Below, one piece after another: positions 38,590 through 47,436 of a stretch of 64,000 nucleotides of DNA (position 1 is the first letter of the stretch; each line of letters begins with the position of its first letter). The stretch covers positions 256,001 to 320,000 of the forward strand of contig OZ242351.1 of assembly GCA_965208675.1 (NCBI GenBank), in the 5' to 3' direction. The position numbers were made by a program, and so were the translations under genes. The notes under the pieces were generated by a model. The model was not told the DNA's origin, made no database searches, and saw only the letters and a list, made by a program, of their open reading frames with translations. Origin of the DNA: Candidatus Poribacteria bacterium (GTDB taxonomy: Bacteria; Poribacteria; WGA-4E; PCPOR2b).

Positions 38590-40251
38590 ATGAGTCAGAA
38601 TTTATCACAAGCGCACCGTGACGCGGTGAATCGGAGCCGGCGAGTAATTGTCAACTACGACACCAATTTCGGGGCTCCGTCTGTGATTTGTCCGTTGGCT
38701 GGCATGGAAATAGATCGCTTAGTGAAGGGCTACTTCAGCATGATCGATGAAGCCGGCGTCCAGATAGACAGCATCTGGTGGTGTTGGCTGGACGGCAATT
38801 TCGCAAATTATCCGAGCCAGATTCTACCCGTTTGGCAACTGCCCGGATTCCAGCAGTGGTGGGATGCCGGAATTGACCCGGTGCAGATCTTCGCCGAGGA
38901 GACCAAGAAGCGCGAAAAAGAAGTTTTTTTCTCTTACCGCCTGAATGGGACCGATATGGCGAGTGTCGTACCGTTAAGTGTGCCGTTATTGAAAGAAGCT
39001 CACCCCGAATGGTTAATCCCTACTTGGGAGGCGTTTCGAAATCCCGGTTACTGGAACTTCACCGTGCCAGAAGTGCGCGATTACAAGGTGAGAATCCTAC
39101 GCGAGGTGGCGGAAAACTACGATTACGACGGTATAGAGATAGACTTTTCTAGGGTACCTGTAACACTGCCGCCCGGACACCAATGGGAGAACCGAGAGTG
39201 CTTGACCGAATTCATGCGCGCCGTTCGGGCCATGACGCTCGAAATCGAAAAGAAACGGGATCATCCGTTTCTGCTGGCTGCTCGAATTCCGGAGAACCTA
39301 GAAGGTTGTCATTTTGACGGGATGGATGTTGAAACTTGGGCGAGCGAAGGCTTGCTGGATATCTTCGTTTTGGGCAATCGCTCATTCGACGTGGATATCT
39401 CCGCTTTCCGTCAAATCACGGCAGGGACCGGGATAAAGCTCTATCCGTGCATGGACGATCATCACGCGACGGACGGTTATCTGCATCCGCCAATCTCAGT
39501 TTTCCGCGGCGTTTTTGCCAACTGGTGGCATCAAGGTGCGGATGGCATTCAGACGTTTAACTTTAGCAATTGGACGCCGGCTGGTGCTGCACTTCTCGGT
39601 TGGGATGCGATTGACCCCGTGTGGGCGGCGCACCTTCAAGCGTACCGGGAGATGGCAGTTCCGGAGTCGCTCAAATACAAGGACAAAACTTTCGTTGCCG
39701 AACGGCGTGGCGGAGGGCATGGCCCGGTGGTTGTGCCCAATCCGGAGGATTGGACGACACCGCGGTGGATGTATTTTATCACAAATATGTTTGCTCCGTT
39801 GCCAGCCGCTCTCGCGAACGACGGAAAAGCCGACACCCTGTTAAAGCTCTACGTCTCCGATAACCTCGCAGATGAAGCCAATCACATTGAGCGGGTTACG
39901 GTTCGCGTTTTGCTGTCCGATCCGGGTGCGGAACGCCTCCCGTCCAATCAGCGGCTTCAGGTCGTCACCGTTGCAACCAAGGCGCACACCCTCCAAAACA
40001 TCCCCCCAGCAGTAGGGATTGGCAACCAAACTGAGCTAAGGCTAAACAACACTCTCCTGCATCCCCCTGTAATTGAAGAAGGCTGGTTAGCCTTTTCAGC
40101 GCTACCAAATCAATTCGCTGTTGGCAACAACCTCATTGGATTGCGCGTCACCGGCCGGGCGCAAGATGCCCAAGCCGAAATCCTGATTGAGAAGTTGGAA
40201 GTCCATGTAGTCTACCACAAACCCACAAAGGACAGAAAAAACCGAAAATAA
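38590..40251 (+). CDS. Glycoside hydrolase-like TIM-barrel protein (GHL10/DUF187-like)
   Basis: FFSYRLN, HPEW, WNFTVPEVRD, ENYDYDGIEIDFSR, QGADGIQTFN; no obvious signal peptide. Confidence 0.65.
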   Translation: MSQNLSQAHRDAVNRSRRVIVNYDTNFGAPSVICPLAGMEIDRLVKGYFSMIDEAGVQIDSIWWCWLDGNFANYPSQILPVWQLPGFQQWWDAGIDPVQIFAEETKKREKEVFFSYRLNGTDMASVVPLSVPLLKEAHPEWLIPTWEAFRNPGYWNFTVPEVRDYKVRILREVAENYDYDGIEIDFSRVPVTLPPGHQWENRECLTEFMRAVRAMTLEIEKKRDHPFLLAARIPENLEGCHFDGMDVETWASEGLLDIFVLGNRSFDVDISAFRQITAGTGIKLYPCMDDHHATDGYLHPPISVFRGVFANWWHQGADGIQTFNFSNWTPAGAALLGWDAIDPVWAAHLQAYREMAVPESLKYKDKTFVAERRGGGHGPVVVPNPEDWTTPRWMYFITNMFAPLPAALANDGKADTLLKLYVSDNLADEANHIERVTVRVLLSDPGAERLPSNQRLQVVTVATKAHTLQNIPPAVGIGNQTELRLNNTLLHPPVIEEGWLAFSALPNQFAVGNNLIGLRVTGRAQDAQAEILIEKLEVHVVYHKPTKDRKNRK

Positions 40252-40380
40252 CATAAAGAGTTTAGCCATTTACATCATGTTTACACACACTGAAATACCC
40301 CCTGATAAGGGAGTTGGCATCCCTTTTTGATCGGATTATTCTGTGTAAATTTCGGTTGCGGCGACTTTAGGAACAAAAAC

Positions 40381-41484
40381 ATGGATCTTACGGACGCGAA
40401 ACTGCAGTTGGAGGATGAAGGGTATTGCGTACTGGAAAATCAACTCGACCCGCGGCAAGCTGAACACCTCGACACCCTCGCACGGACCTTAATGGAACCC
40501 CGTGACGGGTATATCAGTATGGAGACCTCTCTGAATCACATTCCTGAGTTGGCTCCGCTGTGCATTCATCCCACGCTAGTAAAACTTGCTGAAAAGATGC
40601 TGGGGAAGGACTTTATACTAGCGAACAATGTGGCGATGAAATGGTGCAAGCCCGGTGCGCCGGAAGGACCGTTGCATTGGGGCGGACGGTTCAAGGATAT
40701 TCCCCAATTGACAGAGTTTCAGGTCTTCTGGATGCTCACAGACTTCACCGCAGAGAACGGTGCTACGCTTGCCGTTCCGTTTAGTCATCACACCGGGCGT
40801 CCGCCCGGACGCACTGCCTATCCCCAAGAGATTCCGATCGTCGGAGCAAAAGGGTCGGTGTTGATCTTTGACGGAAGGATTTGGCATCGCAGCGGCGCCA
40901 ACACAACGAGCGGCAAACATCGTATGGCTGCCAATATGATGTATCTGCCCGGCAGCGTCGATCGCGGCGGAGAGTGGCCGCTGGTGGCGCGAGAACGCTA
41001 CCATGAATTCCCGCCGCAATTGCAAGGCATGCTTCCGCAGTCAGTTGCGCCGCCGGATACGACGCCAGCCGCCGCGCAACGCCCACTTATATGGACTATG
41101 CTCGACTATCAGGGCGTTAAACACGCCGCGGGCGGAAAGCTTGCGGTGAACTTAACCATTAAATCAGGTTCCGAATTCTCGACCGCAGTACGCTTTCCGC
41201 AAGCGTCCGCGTTGGAAGTAAAACAGACGAGGGATTGCTGGGTGTTCCTAGAGCGAGCCCGGGCAATTGGAGGAAATGCTGAGGTCGAACTGTACGTAAA
41301 CGATGCGAAGGTTTCACATTTCACAGTCGCCGTGGGCGAAAATGACGCACAAGTTCAGTCCTTAGCGGAGCAAGTGACCTCACGGATAACCGATACATCG
41401 GTGCTTTACAAAATCACGCTCAAGAACATAGGCGGTCACGACGTGCGAATCCGCGAACTTCGCCTCCAATGGCTGGCGAGCTAG
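40381..41484 (+). CDS. PhyH-fold Fe/2OG enzyme with HxG motif and extra C-terminal beta domain
   Basis: LEDEGYCVLE, PLHWGG at the HxD position, WMLTDFTAENGAT.AVPFSH, GSVLIFDGRIWHRSGAN, KHR; about 120 extra C-terminal residues. Confidence 0.82.
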   Translation: MDLTDAKLQLEDEGYCVLENQLDPRQAEHLDTLARTLMEPRDGYISMETSLNHIPELAPLCIHPTLVKLAEKMLGKDFILANNVAMKWCKPGAPEGPLHWGGRFKDIPQLTEFQVFWMLTDFTAENGATLAVPFSHHTGRPPGRTAYPQEIPIVGAKGSVLIFDGRIWHRSGANTTSGKHRMAANMMYLPGSVDRGGEWPLVARERYHEFPPQLQGMLPQSVAPPDTTPAAAQRPLIWTMLDYQGVKHAAGGKLAVNLTIKSGSEFSTAVRFPQASALEVKQTRDCWVFLERARAIGGNAEVELYVNDAKVSHFTVAVGENDAQVQSLAEQVTSRITDTSVLYKITLKNIGGHDVRIRELRLQWLAS

Positions 41485-41510
41485 AGCATTATCAGAACCG
41501 CTGTATTATT

Positions 41511-41630
41511 CCACCGCGGGGGAGGGTGACCTCCATGTCCGGACAATCAGGCCTAGAAATCCTCTCCCACATAGGGTAGTCCTCCTGTGTAATTCAAACT
41601 TCAATCCCTCCGTACCAAGGAGGAGGGAGG
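41511..41630. repeat. Decayed CCCTCC/GGAGGG palindromic repeat remnants between convergent genes
   Basis: CCACCGCGGGGGAGGG, CCTCTCCCACATAGGG and TCCCTCCGTACCAAGGAGGAGGGAG resemble the 9551-9617 motifs. Confidence 0.3.
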
Positions 41631-41689
41631 TCATGGTAGGATGCACCGTGATCCGAATTTTGAATCGTCCTAAATAATCTGAACCGTTA

Positions 41690-42307
41690 TCAGTTTTCTG
41701 AAGCGTGAATTTGACACGTAAAGTTTTTGTCTTCCGTTACGATACGGTCCAACGGGACATCCCACGGCTGCGGCAGTGTATCTTTAACGAGCTGTTCCTC
41801 AAAAGCGAGTCCAATCCTAACTGCCTTTGGGCATTGGCGGAGAAACCGGTCGTAATAACCGCCGCCGTATCCGAGGCGGTGACCATTCTTGTCAAATGCA
41901 ACGCCGGGGACAATAATTATCTCAATCTGATCTGGCGGAAAGGCCTTGCAGGAATTCCGGTCTGGCTCGCGCATACCGTAAGGGTGGGAAACGAAATCTG
42001 TTTGTAGGTTCGAAATATGGTGCGGATTTAGTGTTCGTCGGTGGGTATCCGTCACCGGGGCAAGCGCAGTTTTTTCGTGCGTGAACAGATAATCAAGCAG
42101 TCCATCGGTTTCCACTTCACTCCGCATACTTAGATAAAGCTGAACCGCGTTAACCGCGTTGTCCTCAATCCAATCAACAACCCGGTTGATAATCCTCTGG
42201 CTCAATTCAGACCTTAACGCCGGGGGTATACCGTCGCGTCTACGAATCGCTTCCGCGCGAAGACATTTTCTCGATTGTCTTTCGCTGTAGTCCGGTGTTC
42301 TCGCCAT
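41690..42307 (-). CDS. 5-formyltetrahydrofolate cyclo-ligase
   Basis: SEVET, YGMREP, IVPGVAFDKNGHRLGYGGGYYDRFL, WDVPLDRIVTE. Confidence 0.95.
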   Translation of the reverse strand: MARTPDYSERQSRKCLRAEAIRRRDGIPPALRSELSQRIINRVVDWIEDNAVNAVQLYLSMRSEVETDGLLDYLFTHEKTALAPVTDTHRRTLNPHHISNLQTDFVSHPYGMREPDRNSCKAFPPDQIEIIIVPGVAFDKNGHRLGYGGGYYDRFLRQCPKAVRIGLAFEEQLVKDTLPQPWDVPLDRIVTEDKNFTCQIHASEN

Positions 42308-42342
42308 TATTTTGAGATTTCAACCTAACTGTGAGCCACGAA

Positions 42343-43701
42343 TCACGCGTCCCATTCAATCTGGCCAATATTCTTGGTGAGTGCGTCGCGGAAGGTTGAG
42401 GGTTTCATCTTGAGAAGTTTCGCTGCCTGAGTTTTGTTTCCGTTCGATTTTTTCATCGCCCACGCGATAAGATCGCGCTCGGTGGAACGGATAATGTCAT
42501 GAAATGATACCTCGCTCATTGAATCATTCAGACGAATATGGGTTCCGAGTTTCAAATCTATCGGAATTGCGTCGGCTGTGATTTCCCTTCCGCCGCTAAC
42601 CGCTACGAGCCGTTCAACCATGTTTTCAAGTTCGCGTACATTGCCGGGCCACGGATATCCCGCCAACAGTTCAACAGCTTGCGGGGTGATGGGGATAGGT
42701 TGATTTGGAGAAAACAGTTCCAAGAAGTGATTGATGAGAAGCGATATGTCTTCGGCGCGCTCCCGCAGCGGCGGCAGAAAGATTGGGACAACATTAAGGC
42801 GATAAAACAGGTCCGCTAAGAACGCACCGTTTTGCACCTTCTCCCGTAGATTCTCCGTTGTCGCTGCAATTACCCTGACATCAACCTCGATTTGCGCGTC
42901 GCCGCCAACACGTTCAAACGCACCAAATTCCAGTGTGCGCAGGAGTTTAATTTGTAAACTCATAGGCAGCGAATCTGGATCATCTAGGAAGAGCGTCCCC
43001 TTATGTGCTAATTCAAATCGTCCAACCCGGCGCTGCTCCGGCGGACACTCACGGCCGAACATCTCAAGCTCCAACATCGCCTCCGAAACGCTTGCACAGT
43101 TGACAGACGCGAAGGGGTGATGTCCGCGCGGACTATTGAGATGGATGGATTTCGCCAGAAGTTCTTTCCCTGTGCCGTTTTCACCGGAGATGAGCACATT
43201 GGCGTTTGATTCCGAAATCGTCTCAATCAAGTTAAGTATTTCCTGCACAGACCGGCTTTTTCCGATGATGTTTTGATAAATGCGCCACGGCTCAAGGTGG
43301 GACGTCTGGGGGTGGGGTTCAAGCCCGCCTTTGTCTATCCCGTCCCGAATCTCCTTTAGTTTATCCAGCATAGCAATCAATTCGCCGCTCGAAAATGGCT
43401 TCTTGATGTAGTTGTATGCCCCCCATTTCATGGCTTCGACAGCAGTTTCCACGCTGGCATAAGCCGTCATGATAATCACTGTGACGTGAGGGTGGTCCTT
43501 TTTGACGCGCTTAAGAAATTCGATGCCGTGCATCTTCGGCATGCGGAGATCTGTCACGAGAACGTCGAAGTGCTCATTCTGGAATAACTGCAGCGCAATC
43601 GCCGGGGACTCCACCGCAATTGTGTCGTAGTTTTCCTCACGCAAATCGTCTCGCAGCGTGATGCGTTTAATTTTTTCGTCGTCAACAACCAGTATTTTCA
43701 C
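42343..43701 (-). CDS. NtrC-family response regulator (REC-AAA-FIS HTH) lacking GAFTGA
   Basis: ILVVDDE, TDLRMP, GENGTGKE, WPGNVRELEN, GNKTQAAKLL; the GAFTGA loop is replaced by RECPPEQ. Confidence 0.9.
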   Translation of the reverse strand: MKILVVDDEKIKRITLRDDLREENYDTIAVESPAIALQLFQNEHFDVLVTDLRMPKMHGIEFLKRVKKDHPHVTVIIMTAYASVETAVEAMKWGAYNYIKKPFSSGELIAMLDKLKEIRDGIDKGGLEPHPQTSHLEPWRIYQNIIGKSRSVQEILNLIETISESNANVLISGENGTGKELLAKSIHLNSPRGHHPFASVNCASVSEAMLELEMFGRECPPEQRRVGRFELAHKGTLFLDDPDSLPMSLQIKLLRTLEFGAFERVGGDAQIEVDVRVIAATTENLREKVQNGAFLADLFYRLNVVPIFLPPLRERAEDISLLINHFLELFSPNQPIPITPQAVELLAGYPWPGNVRELENMVERLVAVSGGREITADAIPIDLKLGTHIRLNDSMSEVSFHDIIRSTERDLIAWAMKKSNGNKTQAAKLLKMKPSTFRDALTKNIGQIEWDA

Positions 43702-45428
43702 CCTTCAACCTCAGCCTGCGGTATGGGTAGTTTAATCGTGAACACAGAACCTTGCCCCTCTTCGCTCTCGAATTCGATGACACCGCCATGCTCCCTAACA
43801 ATTCGATTGGACACAGAAAGCCCTAGCCCTGTACCTTTTCCCGTAATTTTCGTCGTGTAAAATGGATCCAAAATCCGATCTCGAACCGAACTCGGAATAC
43901 CTATTCCGGAATCCGTGACTTGGACGTATGCTACTGCTTCGTCTAGCAACGAATCAAATTCAATAGTACCGGTTTTGAATGTCAGCACGCCCCCGTTCGG
44001 CATTGCTGCAACAGCGTTCAGTCCAAGATTCAGTGCAACTTGTTCCAGCAGATGTTTGTCTCCTAGAATGGGGGTGAGACTGTCTTGAAACCGTCTTTCG
44101 ATTTGAATGTGCTTTTCTTCCGTACTGTATTCAATCAGCCCTATCACCTCATTTATTACTTCGTTTAACGACACCGTCGTGAGGGTTAGTTCATGTTTTC
44201 GTGAAAAGTTCAGAAGTTGCCTGACCGTGGATTCAATACGCCGAATGGCTTCTTCCATGAGATCTAGGTATTCTTGGATCTGCTCTTCGTTCTTGGGATT
44301 GCGTCGAATTCGAAGCGTACAGTTGAGTAACCCGTCGAGCGGATTATTGATTTCGTGCGCAACGCCCGCCGCTAATTCTCCGATCGCAGCCATTTTTTCG
44401 GATTGAATCATCTGTATCTCCATCCGCTTCCGATCCGTTACGTCTCGGCAAACTAACACTGTTCCCAAATAGACGCCGTTGTCATCGCGCACTGCAGCGT
44501 AAGTATTTTCGAAGAATTTATCCTTGATTTGGGTGCTCTGTTGTTCAATTACATCGCCCCCTTCTGATAGGTCTTTTGCGATTTGTGGATGGATGCCGTA
44601 CGTCTCGGGGGACATGCTGTCGTCAGTTTCAAGTCCGAACTGCTCTTTTCTAATCTGCTGCGCCGCCTTGTTGAAAAGCGACACACGGTTTTCGCTATCA
44701 ACGAAAACCACTCCCTCCTGCATACACTCAATAATAGACTTGAGTTTATTGCGTTCAAACAGCACCTCGCGCCGCGCATCTTCTAATTCAACCACTTTTT
44801 CCTCAAGGCTCTCTTTCAGCTCAAACGTTTCCCCTTCACGCGCCCGCGCTGTATCCATTATTGAGGTCGCCAAGTAAACGGAAAAAAACAGTGTGCTCGT
44901 GAACACAAAGAACACGCTTACAATATAAATCGGATTTCGCCACAGGTCTTCAGGCAAAAAACCTAAATGGTAATGGTGGATAATACCGTAGTGCTCAAGG
45001 AAAATTAGGGAACTCAATAAAAGCGTGTTTAGCGTTGCGAGGATATAGCTGACTTTCTTAGAAAGGAGAATGCTTGCAATGACCAAGTGAAAGATGAAAT
45101 AAAATATGAACGGGTTTTCGATACCCCCGCTGAAATGGATGAGCGCAGTTAACGATAGCAAGTCCAAAACGATATGCGTGCCGGCGTGCCGTGTGATTGA
45201 TGAGAGCGGTTTTTCAGCAATATGCCTCGGGTAAATTTGCGCCTCAAGGTTGTAGAGTACCATCAACCCGGCAATGAGGAATAGCGGCAGCGAAGGCGCA
45301 ATTATACTAAATCCCCAGCTTGCGACGCTGACGGTAAGAAAGACGCCCGCGATCGCTATCCAACGGAGTTTGACTAACCACCCAATCCGCTCAATTAGTT
45401 CAGTTTTGAGCGATAATTCCCGAGACAT
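43698..45428 (-). CDS. Membrane sensor histidine kinase (RegB-like TM domain, PAS, HisKA, HATPase)
   Basis: LRWIAIAG, SGGIENPF, about six TM helices, PAS-like EGVVFVD..FNKAA..RDVT, AHEINNPL, DSGIGI, GTGLGL; 4-nt overlap with the regulator. Confidence 0.92.
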   Translation of the reverse strand: MSRELSLKTELIERIGWLVKLRWIAIAGVFLTVSVASWGFSIIAPSLPLFLIAGLMVLYNLEAQIYPRHIAEKPLSSITRHAGTHIVLDLLSLTALIHFSGGIENPFIFYFIFHLVIASILLSKKVSYILATLNTLLLSSLIFLEHYGIIHHYHLGFLPEDLWRNPIYIVSVFFVFTSTLFFSVYLATSIMDTARAREGETFELKESLEEKVVELEDARREVLFERNKLKSIIECMQEGVVFVDSENRVSLFNKAAQQIRKEQFGLETDDSMSPETYGIHPQIAKDLSEGGDVIEQQSTQIKDKFFENTYAAVRDDNGVYLGTVLVCRDVTDRKRMEIQMIQSEKMAAIGELAAGVAHEINNPLDGLLNCTLRIRRNPKNEEQIQEYLDLMEEAIRRIESTVRQLLNFSRKHELTLTTVSLNEVINEVIGLIEYSTEEKHIQIERRFQDSLTPILGDKHLLEQVALNLGLNAVAAMPNGGVLTFKTGTIEFDSLLDEAVAYVQVTDSGIGIPSSVRDRILDPFYTTKITGKGTGLGLSVSNRIVREHGGVIEFESEEGQGSVFTIKLPIPQAEVEG

Positions 45429-45626
45429 AACTGTTCATACCCTAATACATAATGGATTCAGGAAGTGTTAAGATTCTGCCGGCAACCAGCGCCGCGGCAA
45501 AGAAATAAACTCGCAATCAAAATTGAACGTCTATTAGTCCAATCCCGCGTATTGTATTATCTTTGTCGTTGGGTATCAATACAAAAACGCATCGGCGTGT
45601 TTTCTTTGTCCTTGTTGAATTTTGGC

Positions 45627-45656
45627 TTGACATACCTTAAGGTTGTGTCCTATTAT
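45627..45656 (+). promoter_or_regulatory. sigma70-like promoter of the clpX-like gene
   Basis: TTGACA-N18-TATTAT. Confidence 0.55.
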
Positions 45657-45798
45657 CACGGTGCCCTAAGGTTTCGCGGCTAAATCTGTGATTGTGGTAA
45701 TCGCTAGTGCCCCGTTGTTTTAGGTGGACACCAGTGATAGCTTCGAACCCTTGCGTTTCACCCGCTGCGGGGCAATACGCTGTGAATGGAGAGTGACA

Positions 45799-47400
45799 AT
45801 GTCAAACGATACAGAAAACAAAAAAATTCCCACCGCAGAAGAGCTTCAAAGAGAATTTGAGTCGTTTGTGAAAGATAAATACGGCGGCACAGTCCGATTT
45901 GTAACACCAAAAGTAAACCCATCTAATGACACACCGGAGGATGCAGAAGCACCGCCGGCGAAAGAGTCGTTCGACCTGAAATTCGATCTCAAACCAAAAG
46001 ACATTAAGAATTACCTAGATCGCTACATCATCAGGCAAGATGAAGCCAAAAAAGCCTTGGCAATCGCTGTGTGCGACCATTACAACCATGTGCGTGAATG
46101 TCATGAGAATCCGAAAATCGCCGACACCGACTATTCAAAACAGAATGTCATCATGCTCGGCCCCACAGGAGTGGGCAAAACTTATCTAATCCGCCATGTC
46201 GCCAAACTGATTGGCGTGCCGTTCGTGAAGGCGGACGCGACTCGATTCAGCGAGACGGGTTACGTCGGCGCGAATGTCGATGATCTCATCCGCGATCTTC
46301 TGACGCAAGCGGAAGGCGACATTGAACTAGCGCAATATGGGATTGTTTATCTCGACGAAGCGGACAAATTAGCGACGCCGCCAAACCTGATTGGTCGGGA
46401 CGTGAGCGGTAGAGGCGTGCAGATTGGGCTGCTCAAACTGATGGAGGAGACGGAGGTCGATCTCCGCGCCGGTCACGATGTATCTTCTCAAATTCAAGCC
46501 GTCATGGAATTCCAGAACAAGGGAAAAGTTGAAAAGCAATTAATCAACACACGTCACATTCTGTTTATCGTTAGCGGCGCATTTTACGGACTCTGCGACA
46601 TCATCAAAAAGCGCCTAAATGAAAGAAATATCGGATTTAGCGCAACGTTAACCGCGCAAGACGAGAAGGAAGATTGGCTGGAACACGTTACACCGCAAGA
46701 TTTCATCGAGTTCGGTCTAGAGCCCGAATTCATTGGGCGATTACCTGTTCATGTCGTCTGTCAAGATCTATCCGTAGACGATCTCTATCAGATTTTGAAA
46801 GGATCGGAAGGATCGATTATCCGTCAGTATGAGGGGGCATTCCGTGCGTATGGGATAGACGTTTTGTTTTCTGATGAGGGGCTCCAGAGCATTGCGCAAA
46901 AAGCGCACACCCACAAGACGGGAGCGCGCGCTTTGATGACGGTATGCGAGAAAATTCTGCGAGACTACAAGTTTGAACTGCCGTCATCTAGTGTGCACGA
47001 ATTTGTGGTGACCAAAAGAACGGTGGAAGAATCAAAAAGTGAGTTGAATAGGCTGATTGAGGATGGGAATTACAATCGTCAACATGTAATTCGGGAATGT
47101 GTTCGGCGTTACGAGGAAAATTTCCGTCAGAAATACCAAATGTCCATTCATTTCGATGATGAAGCGACAAATCTCATCTGTCAAAGAGCCATTGGCGAGG
47201 GTAGGACGCCGCAAGAGATTTGTGAAGATCTACTCAAGACCTATCAACACGGCCTAAATCTCGTGAAACAGAACACAGGGCAATTCGAGTTTAACCTTAC
47301 CAGAGAGGTTGTGGAGCATCCTGACGCAGCGCTTGAACGATGGATTCGCAATTCTTACGCGGGAAAATCGAAGGAGGGTGAGGAAGCCGCAGACGGCTAA
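45799..47400 (+). CDS. ClpX-like AAA+ ATPase without the N-terminal zinc domain, with C-terminal extension
   Basis: GPTGVGKT, DAT.FSETGYVG, LDEADK, RDVSGRGVQ, IGF loop, PEFIGRLP, TGARAL. Confidence 0.85.
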   Translation: MSNDTENKKIPTAEELQREFESFVKDKYGGTVRFVTPKVNPSNDTPEDAEAPPAKESFDLKFDLKPKDIKNYLDRYIIRQDEAKKALAIAVCDHYNHVRECHENPKIADTDYSKQNVIMLGPTGVGKTYLIRHVAKLIGVPFVKADATRFSETGYVGANVDDLIRDLLTQAEGDIELAQYGIVYLDEADKLATPPNLIGRDVSGRGVQIGLLKLMEETEVDLRAGHDVSSQIQAVMEFQNKGKVEKQLINTRHILFIVSGAFYGLCDIIKKRLNERNIGFSATLTAQDEKEDWLEHVTPQDFIEFGLEPEFIGRLPVHVVCQDLSVDDLYQILKGSEGSIIRQYEGAFRAYGIDVLFSDEGLQSIAQKAHTHKTGARALMTVCEKILRDYKFELPSSSVHEFVVTKRTVEESKSELNRLIEDGNYNRQHVIRECVRRYEENFRQKYQMSIHFDDEATNLICQRAIGEGRTPQEICEDLLKTYQHGLNLVKQNTGQFEFNLTREVVEHPDAALERWIRNSYAGKSKEGEEAADG

Positions 47401-47436
47401 TCCGGCAACGCCGTGCGTAAATCAAATCATCTGTTC

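Noticed and set aside
42300-42345. 6S RNA upstream of 5-formyl-THF cyclo-ligase
   Set aside because: The intergenic gap is only 35 nt.
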